Shown: positions 6,981 through 13,610 of the stretch, in pieces
Layout of the letters: every line of letters begins with the position of its first letter
How positions within the stretch are numbered: position 1 is the stretch's first letter
Notes under the pieces: generated by a model
The model's database searches: none
The model's input: only the letters and a program-made list of their open reading frames with translations
Told to the model about the DNA's origin: nothing
Made by a program: the position numbers and the translations under genes
Source of the DNA: Candidatus Gastranaerophilaceae bacterium
GTDB taxonomy: Bacteria; Cyanobacteriota; Vampirovibrionia; Gastranaerophilales; Gastranaerophilaceae
Assembly: GCA_031550975.1 (NCBI GenBank)
Contig: JAVBOC010000001.1
Location: 69,104 to 93,103, forward strand
Reading direction: 5' to 3'
DNA: 24,000 bases

Positions 6981-7105
6981 CAAAGCAAGCGAGCAGAGAA
7001 TGAAAGGGCTGCCGACTCAATCGGCTGCACACAGTACGTGCGGGGCAGCCACGGATATCCGTTTCATGCGAGCGCAGCGTTAGAGGCATGCTTTTACTCG
7101 CAACT
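6981..7105. repeat. Eroded GTCAT-family copy (fossil)
   Basis: gcaagcgagcaga (6985-6997) and the following gaaag...gtgcggggcagcc parallel the interior of the 14958-15087 element (gcaagcgagcaga...gaaag...atgcgggtacagcc). ttcATGCgagcgcagcgttagagGCATgc (7063-7091) resembles the gtcATTGCgagcgttagcgaaGCAATcc arm at 2780. The termini are no longer intact. Confidence 0.45.
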
Positions 7106-7135
7106 TCCGTACTATATCCATGATATAATAAGGTC

Positions 7136-8539
7136 ATGAAAGAGCGGGTTCTTTTATTCGGTATAATTTTTGGATTGGGAGTATTTTTATATATCTTCCA
7201 AAGTTATTTTAATACGGTTTGGGGGCTTGGTTTCCTGGTTTCGCTGATGACTGTTTATGCGGTTACTTCTACGCTTATTTATAAATTCAAAAGCCGTAAA
7301 GACCGTAAAAACCCGCCGGTGGTTAATGAGGATTACAAACCGTTTGTATCAATCATGGTGCCAGGACACAATGAAGAAGGCGTTATTGCTGCGACCATTG
7401 AAACGATTCTTGCTCTTGATTATGAGAATTTTGAGATCATTGTAATTGATGATAGAAGCACGGACAACACTGCTTCTGTAATAAAAGATTTAGAGAAAAA
7501 ATATGAAAAGGTCACAGCGCTTGTGCGTTCAGCGGATGCTTTTCCGGGTAAATCAGCTGTGTTAAACGATGCTTTAGCATTGGCAAAAGGAGAGGCGATA
7601 CTTGTTTTTGATGCTGATGCAACGATGGAACCGGACTTTTTGTCCAAACTTGTTCCGCTTCTTGAGCCAAAAGATGTTGGGGCGGTTCAGTCAAGAAAAG
7701 TTATCCGCAATAAGGATGACAATTTCTTAACTCGCTGCCAAAACAACGAATACACGATGGATGCGCATTTTCAGGTTAGCAGAAACTCTTTCAAGGGTGC
7801 CGTTGAGCTTCGCGGAAACGGAGAATTGCTTAAGCGTCAAGCCTTAGAAGATATTGGCGGTTGGAATAATCATACGATTACAGACGACCTTGATATGTCA
7901 ACGCGTTTGCATATAAAAGGCTGGGACATTCGTTATTGCTTAAATACTGCTGTTTACGAAGAAGGTATAATGTACTGGGCACCGTTGTTTAGGCAGCGCA
8001 GAAGATGGTTAGAAGGCACAATCAGACGCTATTTAGAATATTGCGGTGATGCTCTGACCTCAAAACACATGTCTATGCGTGCAAGAATTGATATGTTTGC
8101 ATATATTTCGCAATTTATAATGCCGCTATGGCTTTTGCTAGAAATTCTTATCCGCGGATTTAAGGTGTTAGCGCAAGATGCTTCCCCGCACATGCTATAT
8201 TCTTCACTGGTTATTGGGTGTGTAATCGGGTTCGGGTTCTTTATGACAGCACGGTATAGCTTGCGCAGATACGATAATATGACAAGGCTCAACGCCCTAA
8301 AAGAAGCTGTAAACACCTCGGTTTACCTTTTTGTAATTTGGTTTCCGCTGGTGTTGTTTATCGGAGCAAAAATCCTGTTCCGTCCAAAAGATATGAACTG
8401 GGGTAAAACAACTCACGGATTGGTTGCTGAGGAAGAAGAACATTTGGCTGTGCAGACGGCAAAACAAATAAAAACCGCGCTAAGTAAAGTCGATAATAAG
8501 GTTAGAGAAAAAGTAAAAGAATTAATGCTGAAAGGTTAG
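7136..8539 (+). CDS. Family 2 glycosyltransferase, processive (cellulose/chitin/PNAG-synthase-like) membrane protein
   Basis: 467 aa. N-terminal TM helices are followed by VSIMVPGHNEE, IIVIDDRSTDNT, VFDADA, TDD and FRQRRRWLEG (the Q-x-x-R-W motif). Several C-terminal TM helices follow. The sugar specificity cannot be read from the sequence. Confidence 0.85.
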   Translation: MKERVLLFGIIFGLGVFLYIFQSYFNTVWGLGFLVSLMTVYAVTSTLIYKFKSRKDRKNPPVVNEDYKPFVSIMVPGHNEEGVIAATIETILALDYENFEIIVIDDRSTDNTASVIKDLEKKYEKVTALVRSADAFPGKSAVLNDALALAKGEAILVFDADATMEPDFLSKLVPLLEPKDVGAVQSRKVIRNKDDNFLTRCQNNEYTMDAHFQVSRNSFKGAVELRGNGELLKRQALEDIGGWNNHTITDDLDMSTRLHIKGWDIRYCLNTAVYEEGIMYWAPLFRQRRRWLEGTIRRYLEYCGDALTSKHMSMRARIDMFAYISQFIMPLWLLLEILIRGFKVLAQDASPHMLYSSLVIGCVIGFGFFMTARYSLRRYDNMTRLNALKEAVNTSVYLFVIWFPLVLFIGAKILFRPKDMNWGKTTHGLVAEEEEHLAVQTAKQIKTALSKVDNKVREKVKELMLKG

Positions 8540-8540
8540 C

Positions 8541-8616
8541 GGATTTTCGCTAGGCTGACCGAAGGGAACGCCGTCCAAGTGAGGAAAACCACGTTTTTCC
8601 GAACTGCGAATAATCC
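8541..8616 (+). repeat. Stop-codon-abutting structured element, copy A (between GT2 stop and apt)
   Basis: After the GT2 TAG (8537-8539): C GGATTTTCGC ... GGAAAA-CCACGT-TTTTCC ... GCGAATAATCC. It is homologous to 6534-6620 on the minus strand. Confidence 0.7.
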
Positions 8617-8643
8617 AAGACAGAGATAAATGAAAGGTTAAAC

Positions 8644-9174
8644 ATGACACAAACAATTATTGATGATGTAAGAGATAAGATTAGAACTATTCCGGATTTC
8701 CCGTGTGAAGGGATTCTATTCCGCGATATAACCACAGCTTTTAAGGATCCAAAAACCTTGCGCACAATAGTTGATTATTTTTGCGACAAATTTAAAGACG
8801 AAAAAATTGATTATGTAGCGGGTGTTGAAAGCCGCGGATTCATTCTCGGGATGCCGATTGCGTACCAACTTAATGCGGGGTTTGTGCCGATTAGAAAACC
8901 GAATAAATTGCCCGCAGCGACTTACAGCGAAAGCTACGAATTAGAATACGGAACAGATTCTTTAGAAATTCACCAGGATGCCCTAAGCGAAGGCTCACGC
9001 GTGTTAATTGTTGACGATCTTCTTGCAACCGGCGGAACCGCTCAGGCTGCTTGTAAGCTGGTTAAAAAAACAGGTGCGAAGCTTGTCGGGATAGCATTTT
9101 TAATTGAATTAAAAGACCTAAACGGCCGTGAAAAATTAGCCGGCGAAAACATCGTCACAATGTTAGATTACTAA
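8644..9174 (+). CDS. apt: Adenine phosphoribosyltransferase
   Basis: 176 aa. IRTIPDFPCEGILFRDIT, VAGVESRGFILG and the PRPP-binding loop VLIVDDLLATGGTA are present. Confidence 0.95.
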   Translation: MTQTIIDDVRDKIRTIPDFPCEGILFRDITTAFKDPKTLRTIVDYFCDKFKDEKIDYVAGVESRGFILGMPIAYQLNAGFVPIRKPNKLPAATYSESYELEYGTDSLEIHQDALSEGSRVLIVDDLLATGGTAQAACKLVKKTGAKLVGIAFLIELKDLNGREKLAGENIVTMLDY

Positions 9175-9813
9175 TTATTCCTCGAATCCGCCACCGATTT
9201 TATAGAAGTATGAGCAGCTAACTCCGGTGCCAGCCGGTGAACAGTCTTGGCGCAAATCATCCATGCTCAGACCTTGCCCGAAAGGTTCTATTTTGCCGGT
9301 TTGGTAAATGTTAATCCCGTAAACGTCTTTGCCCCAAGTGTTTGGCGGAAGGATTCCGTTGATATCAAACATCATCATAAATGCAGGCGTGTCTTCTCCT
9401 GCATCGTACAAATCTTTTATCCCGACCAATTTATTATCTTTTGTTAAAAATAAATCAGTGAAATGATAGTTTTCGCCTTTATAAACCTTCGTTCTTTTCA
9501 TATATCTGGTTTTGTAACGTTTAGGAGGGTTTTTGCTAAGATCAATCCGCAAATATGGCTTAACAAGTTCTATCATAAGCCGCTCACGTTCTTGCGCGTT
9601 TTTTGCATCATCAAAACTCTTTAATTTCTCATCGCTAATATGTGCGTTAATGACCTGAAACATGTAATCGACTTTATTATACATCTCGTTCCAGCGAGAG
9701 ATAAAACTCGCCTGCCTTGTGCTCTCGAAAGATACCGGCACAAAATAAAGGATTGCTCCGAGTAATACAAGCAATGTAATTGAATATTCAGGTTTCCAAT
9801 TTTTGTTAAACAT
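9175..9813 (-). CDS. Hypothetical membrane-anchored protein with a pilin-like globular motif
   Basis: 212 aa. AGGAGA lies about 5 nt upstream of the ATG. It has one N-terminal hydrophobic helix (ITLLVLLGAILYFV) but no G/FTLxE prepilin motif. FDINGILPPNTWGKDVYGINIY aligns with YDTNGNEGPNEMEKDIWGFNLG in the pilin at 22023-22961. Confidence 0.7.
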   Translation of the reverse strand: MFNKNWKPEYSITLLVLLGAILYFVPVSFESTRQASFISRWNEMYNKVDYMFQVINAHISDEKLKSFDDAKNAQERERLMIELVKPYLRIDLSKNPPKRYKTRYMKRTKVYKGENYHFTDLFLTKDNKLVGIKDLYDAGEDTPAFMMMFDINGILPPNTWGKDVYGINIYQTGKIEPFGQGLSMDDLRQDCSPAGTGVSCSYFYKIGGGFEE

Positions 9814-9838
9814 GTTTCTCCTATGCCATATCTGCTTC

Positions 9839-9904
9839 CGTCATTCTAAGCTTTGCGAAGAATCTCAACATTGAGATGTTCCGGACTCCGTCCTCAACAT
9901 GACG
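9839..9904. mobile_element. GTCAT-family element, ATTCT/ATGTT-arm subtype, minimal 66-bp form
   Basis: cgtcATTCTaaGCtttGCgaAGAATctcaa-ca-ttgagATGTTccGGACtccGTCCtcAACATgacg. The termini are CGTCAT...ATGACG. Two arm hairpins are joined by the central palindrome atctcaa-ca-ttgagat. Confidence 0.8.
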
Positions 9905-9930
9905 GGTTGTGTCAAGCCGTAGCATTGCAC

Positions 9931-10779
9931 TCACGCCATGTCAATAATCTTCTTCTCTTTGAGAAGTTTATCATAAATCCATTCCGGGACGAAGTTTTTG
10001 CCCATAACTATTTGACCGTTCATAATATTTGGTGCGTGGAAGTCTGAACCGCCCGTTACGATTAAACCTAATTCTTCTGCCATTGAGGAGAAATACTCAA
10101 CAACTGCCGGAGAATGCTTTCTATGATATGCTTCAATCCCACGCAGGCCGCAGGTCATAAGTTCTTTTACAAGCGCTTCCGGTGCTTCAATGTCGTGTGG
10201 GTGAGCAATCACAGGGATTCCGCCCGCGTCGTAAATTATTTCCACCGCATCAAACGGAGTTACGGTTTTTCTTGGGACGTAAACTTGTGAGTTGTCGTTG
10301 ATGTATTTTGCATAAGCTTCAATGACGCTTGTTGTGCCGCCTGCGCTTGTGATGGCCTTAGCAATATGCGGACGTCCGATACTGCCGCCTTCTGCCACCT
10401 GGCGCGTAATGTCTTCGTATTTTATGCGGATGCTTTCTTTTTTAGCAAGCAGGTTGATGATCTCGTGCGTCTGCTCAACCCTTGCGTGCTGCTGGGTTTT
10501 TAGAAGGTCGCGGAAATCACTGTTTTTAACATCCATGAAATATCCTAAAATGTGAACTTCAGCCCCGTTGTGAAGGGTGTTAATTTCTACCCCTCCTATG
10601 ATTTCAAGTTTATGCTCTTTTTCTTTTATATATTCTTGTGCAACGTCATAAGCCATAACGTTATCGTGGTCTGTGATTGCGATGGCCTCCAGCCCAGCAT
10701 CAATCGCCAAGTCCACAATCTTCTCCGGCGAGTAGACCCCGTCGGAAAAATAGGTATGAATGTGTAAGTCGGTTTTCAT
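9931..10779 (-). CDS. PHP-domain metal-dependent phosphoesterase (TrpH/YciV-like)
   Basis: 282 aa. MKTDLHIHTYFSDG, AITDHDN, a HILGYF segment, AHP and GGSDFH match the PHP histidine/aspartate ligand pattern. An AAGGAA SD overlaps the ymdB stop codon, with a 10-nt intergenic gap. Confidence 0.85.
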   Translation of the reverse strand: MKTDLHIHTYFSDGVYSPEKIVDLAIDAGLEAIAITDHDNVMAYDVAQEYIKEKEHKLEIIGGVEINTLHNGAEVHILGYFMDVKNSDFRDLLKTQQHARVEQTHEIINLLAKKESIRIKYEDITRQVAEGGSIGRPHIAKAITSAGGTTSVIEAYAKYINDNSQVYVPRKTVTPFDAVEIIYDAGGIPVIAHPHDIEAPEALVKELMTCGLRGIEAYHRKHSPAVVEYFSSMAEELGLIVTGGSDFHAPNIMNGQIVMGKNFVPEWIYDKLLKEKKIIDMA

Positions 10780-10789
10780 CTTGATTTCC

Positions 10790-11644
10790 TTATTTATCTA
10801 TATTAACAAAAATTCTCGATATTGAAGTAGCGCAACCTGTCGCGACTTCAACTTCAATTTCAACGGCGTTTATCATATACGGTTTTTCGTCCGATACGTC
10901 ATAGCGCTCAGGCAGTCCGGTGGTGAATCTTTTTAAGGAGGTTTCATAATCCATCCCGATAACCCCCTCTGCAGCGCCGCATGAGCCGGCATCAGTAATG
11001 TATGCCATACCGTTGTCAGTAATCTTTTCGTCTGCGGTTTGAACATGTGTGTGGGTTCCTAAAAACGCGCTCACGCCAAAGTCAGAACAATATTTTCCAA
11101 AACAGATTTTCTCAGCAGTGGCTTCCGCGTGAAAATCAACAATCACAATCGGTGTGATTTCTTTTAATCTTTTAATCTCCTCAATCGCTCCTGTCCAAGG
11201 TGAATCAATCGGCGGTAAAAAGGTTTGACCAAGAATGTTGATTACGGCGATTTTAACGGGATGGTCGGCTTCGTCTTGCTTGCAATCACTGGTTTCTAGT
11301 CCCTGGTCCCTAATCCCTAATATCCGGCTGCCGGCTCCCGGAACGCCGTTCGGATAATTAAACGGCCGAACGAGTCTGTCCGCGTTCTCGATAAAAGTAA
11401 AAATATCTTTCTTGTCAAAAATATGGTTACCGGAAGTCAGGCAGTCAATACCGTATTCAAGCAGCTGGTTATAGTTATTTTCAGTTAGCCCGAAGCCGTG
11501 TGAAGCGTTCTCGCAATTTGCGATAACAAAATCCGGCAGTGCATTTTTTTCTTTTAAATCCGCCAAATAATCGCGCACCACGAACCGCCCCGGTCGCCCG
11601 ACTATATCTCCAAAAAATAATATCTTTATTGTCTCACTTGTCAT
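10790..11644 (-). CDS. ymdB: YmdB-family metallophosphoesterase (2',3'-cyclic-nucleotide phosphodiesterase)
   Basis: 284 aa. ILFFGDIVGRPGR, NCENASHGFG, GNH, DFHAEATAEK and GTHTHVQTAD are present. It sits downstream of rny, as in Bacillus. A loop between PGAG and IAVINILG is about 16 aa longer than the B. subtilis YmdB sequence as I recall it. Confidence 0.9.
   Translation of the reverse strand: MTSETIKILFFGDIVGRPGRFVVRDYLADLKEKNALPDFVIANCENASHGFGLTENNYNQLLEYGIDCLTSGNHIFDKKDIFTFIENADRLVRPFNYPNGVPGAGSRILGIRDQGLETSDCKQDEADHPVKIAVINILGQTFLPPIDSPWTGAIEEIKRLKEITPIVIVDFHAEATAEKICFGKYCSDFGVSAFLGTHTHVQTADEKITDNGMAYITDAGSCGAAEGVIGMDYETSLKRFTTGLPERYDVSDEKPYMINAVEIEVEVATGCATSISRIFVNIDK
11297..11324. repeat. 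Heptanucleotide tandem repeat inside the ymdB coding sequence
   Basis: tagtccc tggtccc taatccc taatatc. These are the same TCCCTAR-type units as at 3187-3217. They read in frame on the minus strand as ...ILGIRDQGLE... Confidence 0.8.
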
Positions 11645-11657
11645 TTTTTACTCTATC

Positions 11658-11745
11658 TGTCATTCCGAACTTGTTTCGGAATCTGGGTCGCTAAGGGTAA
11701 GGTAAACCGCATAAGCCCAGATGCTGAAACAAGTTCAGCATGACA
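11658..11745. mobile_element. GTCAT-family element, simple-hairpin-arm subtype (88 bp), in the rny-ymdB spacer
   Basis: The left arm is gtcATTCCGAActtgtTTCGGAATctggg. The reverse complement of the right arm is gtcATGCTGAActtgtTTCAGCATctggg. The arms are 25/29 identical. The four differences are two compensatory pairs within each arm's own hairpin. Confidence 0.85.
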
Positions 11746-11756
11746 ATGGTGTGTAT

Positions 11757-13277
11757 TTACTTTGCAACCTCTGTTGTGCGGAATTCGCGGACAACAGTTA
11801 CACGGATTTGACCCGGATAATCCAGTTCGTCCTCAATACGTTTTGCGATGTCGCGGGCAAGTTTTTGTGAAGCTAAATCGTCAAATTTTTCCGCTTCAAC
11901 AATAATACGAACCTCGCGTCCTGCTTGTACTGCAAACGACTGTTTTATGCCTTCGTAACTGTTTACGATTTCCTCGATTTTGTTTAGACGTTTGATGTAA
12001 ATCTCTAACGTGTCGCGTCTTGCGCCCGGTCTGCCTGCAGAAATCGCATCGGCAACTTTCACTAAGACCGCTTCAATTGTGTTAGCTACAACATCATCGT
12101 GGTGTGCTTCAATCGCGTGAATAACCTCAGGGCGTTCGCCGTAACGGTTTGCGATTTCAACACCGAGCTGAATATGTGTGCCTTCTTGAGTTTGGTCAAC
12201 GGCTTTTCCTATGTCGTGGAGAAGCCCGGCACGTTTTGCAATATCGACGTTTGCGCCGATTTCAGCCGCGAGCATTCCTGCGATGTGACCGACTTCGAGC
12301 GAATGTTTGAGAACATTTTGCCCGTAGCTGGTTCTATAATACAGACGTCCGAGGGTTTTTGTCAGTTCCTTGTTCAAGCCCATAACGCCCATATCAAGTG
12401 CAGCGTTTTCCCCTTCGGTGAAGATTTTTTGGTCAACTTCTTCGCCTGCTTTTTCAACCATTTCTTCTATTCGAACAGGGTGGATTCTTCCATCAACGAT
12501 AAGTTTTTCTAACGCCAGTTTTGCAATCTCGCGTCTTACCGGGTCAAAGCTTGATAATACAACTGCTTCAGGGGTGTCGTCAATAATGAAATCAACTCCT
12601 GTGAGTGTTTCAAGCGTACGGATGTTACGGCCTTCACGTCCGATAATCCGACCTTTCATGTCATCGCTTGGGAGTCCGACAACCGAAACTGTTGTTTCGA
12701 CTACCTGTTCTATCATGCAGCGCTGCATTGTTGTTGATAAAATCTCTTTTGATTTTTCGAGCGCTGATTCTTTAATTTTCGCTTCGTTTTCACGGATTAA
12801 ATGCATCTGTTCTTGCGCAAGGTCATTTTTTAATTGTTCAAGCAGTTGTTTTTTTGCATCCTCTGCTGACATCCCTGCAATCCGTTCTAATTCTTGAGTT
12901 TGTTTCTGAATAATCTCAGCCAGGTAATCTTCTTTTTCCAAAAGCTCGTCGACTTTGCGCTGAACCTGAATTTCTTTTTCAGTGTATTCTTGGATTTTGT
13001 CTTCCAACATGTCTTCGCGTTTGTCGAGTTTTTGCTCTTGTCTTAGGATTTCCTGTCTGCGTTCACGTTCTTCTTCATTAAGTTTTTCTCTGTCATCTTT
13101 AATTTCTTCAACCGCTTTAATTCTTGCTTCCTGGATTAAGATTTTTTCTCTTTCTTCCAATGCAGCGCGGTCTTTTTCTGTGCTAAGCTGCACGGTTTTA
13201 AATTTGTTTTGCTGTAAAATAAGCACAGCAACGAGGATTATTATTACAATAACCGCAACAATTAGTCCAATACCCAT
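11757..13277 (-). CDS. rny: Ribonuclease Y
   Basis: 506 aa. An N-terminal TM helix is followed by a long E/K/Q-rich coiled coil. The KH domain ([15 protein letters not shown]) and HD domain ([10 protein letters not shown] at EAHHDD) are present. A GAAGGA SD lies upstream. Confidence 0.95.
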   Translation of the reverse strand: MGIGLIVAVIVIIILVAVLILQQNKFKTVQLSTEKDRAALEEREKILIQEARIKAVEEIKDDREKLNEEERERRQEILRQEQKLDKREDMLEDKIQEYTEKEIQVQRKVDELLEKEDYLAEIIQKQTQELERIAGMSAEDAKKQLLEQLKNDLAQEQMHLIRENEAKIKESALEKSKEILSTTMQRCMIEQVVETTVSVVGLPSDDMKGRIIGREGRNIRTLETLTGVDFIIDDTPEAVVLSSFDPVRREIAKLALEKLIVDGRIHPVRIEEMVEKAGEEVDQKIFTEGENAALDMGVMGLNKELTKTLGRLYYRTSYGQNVLKHSLEVGHIAGMLAAEIGANVDIAKRAGLLHDIGKAVDQTQEGTHIQLGVEIANRYGERPEVIHAIEAHHDDVVANTIEAVLVKVADAISAGRPGARRDTLEIYIKRLNKIEEIVNSYEGIKQSFAVQAGREVRIIVEAEKFDDLASQKLARDIAKRIEDELDYPGQIRVTVVREFRTTEVAK

Positions 13278-13414
13278 TTACCGGTACCTGTCCTTCTCTA
13301 TTTTTTTTATAATACACGCAAACGCCCGACACATATAGCCTGCCGGACTCTCATTAAATTATTTTTTTAATAGGATTTTTTGCATATATCTTTCAAAAAA
13401 TGTTTTCTACTACA

Positions 13415-13514
13415 TCTTCTTGCTCGTTCGCTTGTAACGTGTCTTTGGAACCTTCTTGCCCTGCTGACCGCAGGTCAACCTGTTTCTTCGCACTCAGCTC
13501 ACTCGCGCTGTCCT
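13415..13514. repeat. Eroded GTCAT-family-like sequence in the rny/pepA divergent spacer
   Basis: The minus strand reads ggacagcgcgagtgagctgagtgcgaagaaacagg (compare tgtcattgcgagcgttagcgaagcaatccag) and acaagcgaacgagcaagaag (compare gcaagcgagcagaag). A tgacc-gca-ggtca hairpin is present. The similarity is weak. Confidence 0.3.
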
Positions 13515-13550
13515 AAATTGTATCATACTATCGTCTATTTGTAAACACGA

Positions 13551-13579
13551 TTTACGGCGCCCACGTTTTATGATAAAAT
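13551..13579 (+). promoter_or_regulatory. Putative sigma70-type promoter of pepA
   Basis: TTTACG (13551-13556), a 17-nt spacer, then TAAAAT (13574-13579). It is followed by AAGGAGAG about 6 nt before the ATG at 13611. Confidence 0.4.
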
Positions 13580-13610
13580 GGTTAAAAAGTAAGAAAAAAG
13601 GAGAGAGAAA

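Noticed and set aside
6916-7139. Track ORFs 6916..7137(-) and 6921..7139(+), and similarly 9853..10047, 14840..15061, 15009..15293 and 18937..19233
   Set aside because: They are translations of the palindromic repeat elements. Both strands are open because of the dyad symmetry. They have no start-site signals.
8541-8616. Possible riboswitch upstream of apt. CUAGG...GUCCAAGUGAGG is vaguely reminiscent of ykkC-type (guanidine/PRPP) or glnA-type RNAs.
   Set aside because: The hallmark blocks I remember are absent, including ACGG...GGGA...AAAGCCCGGGAG for ykkC and ACGGAAGUAGG for glnA RNA. The second copy lies in a 3' UTR followed by a terminator, not ahead of a gene.
12370-13338. Long plus-strand ORFs (12370..12897, 175 aa; 12982..13338, 118 aa; also 12099..12512) antisense to rny
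   Set aside because: They are Ser/Cys/Phe-rich low-complexity translations of the reverse complement of the E/K/Q-rich coiled-coil and KH/HD regions of a strongly conserved gene. They have no SD or promoter signals.
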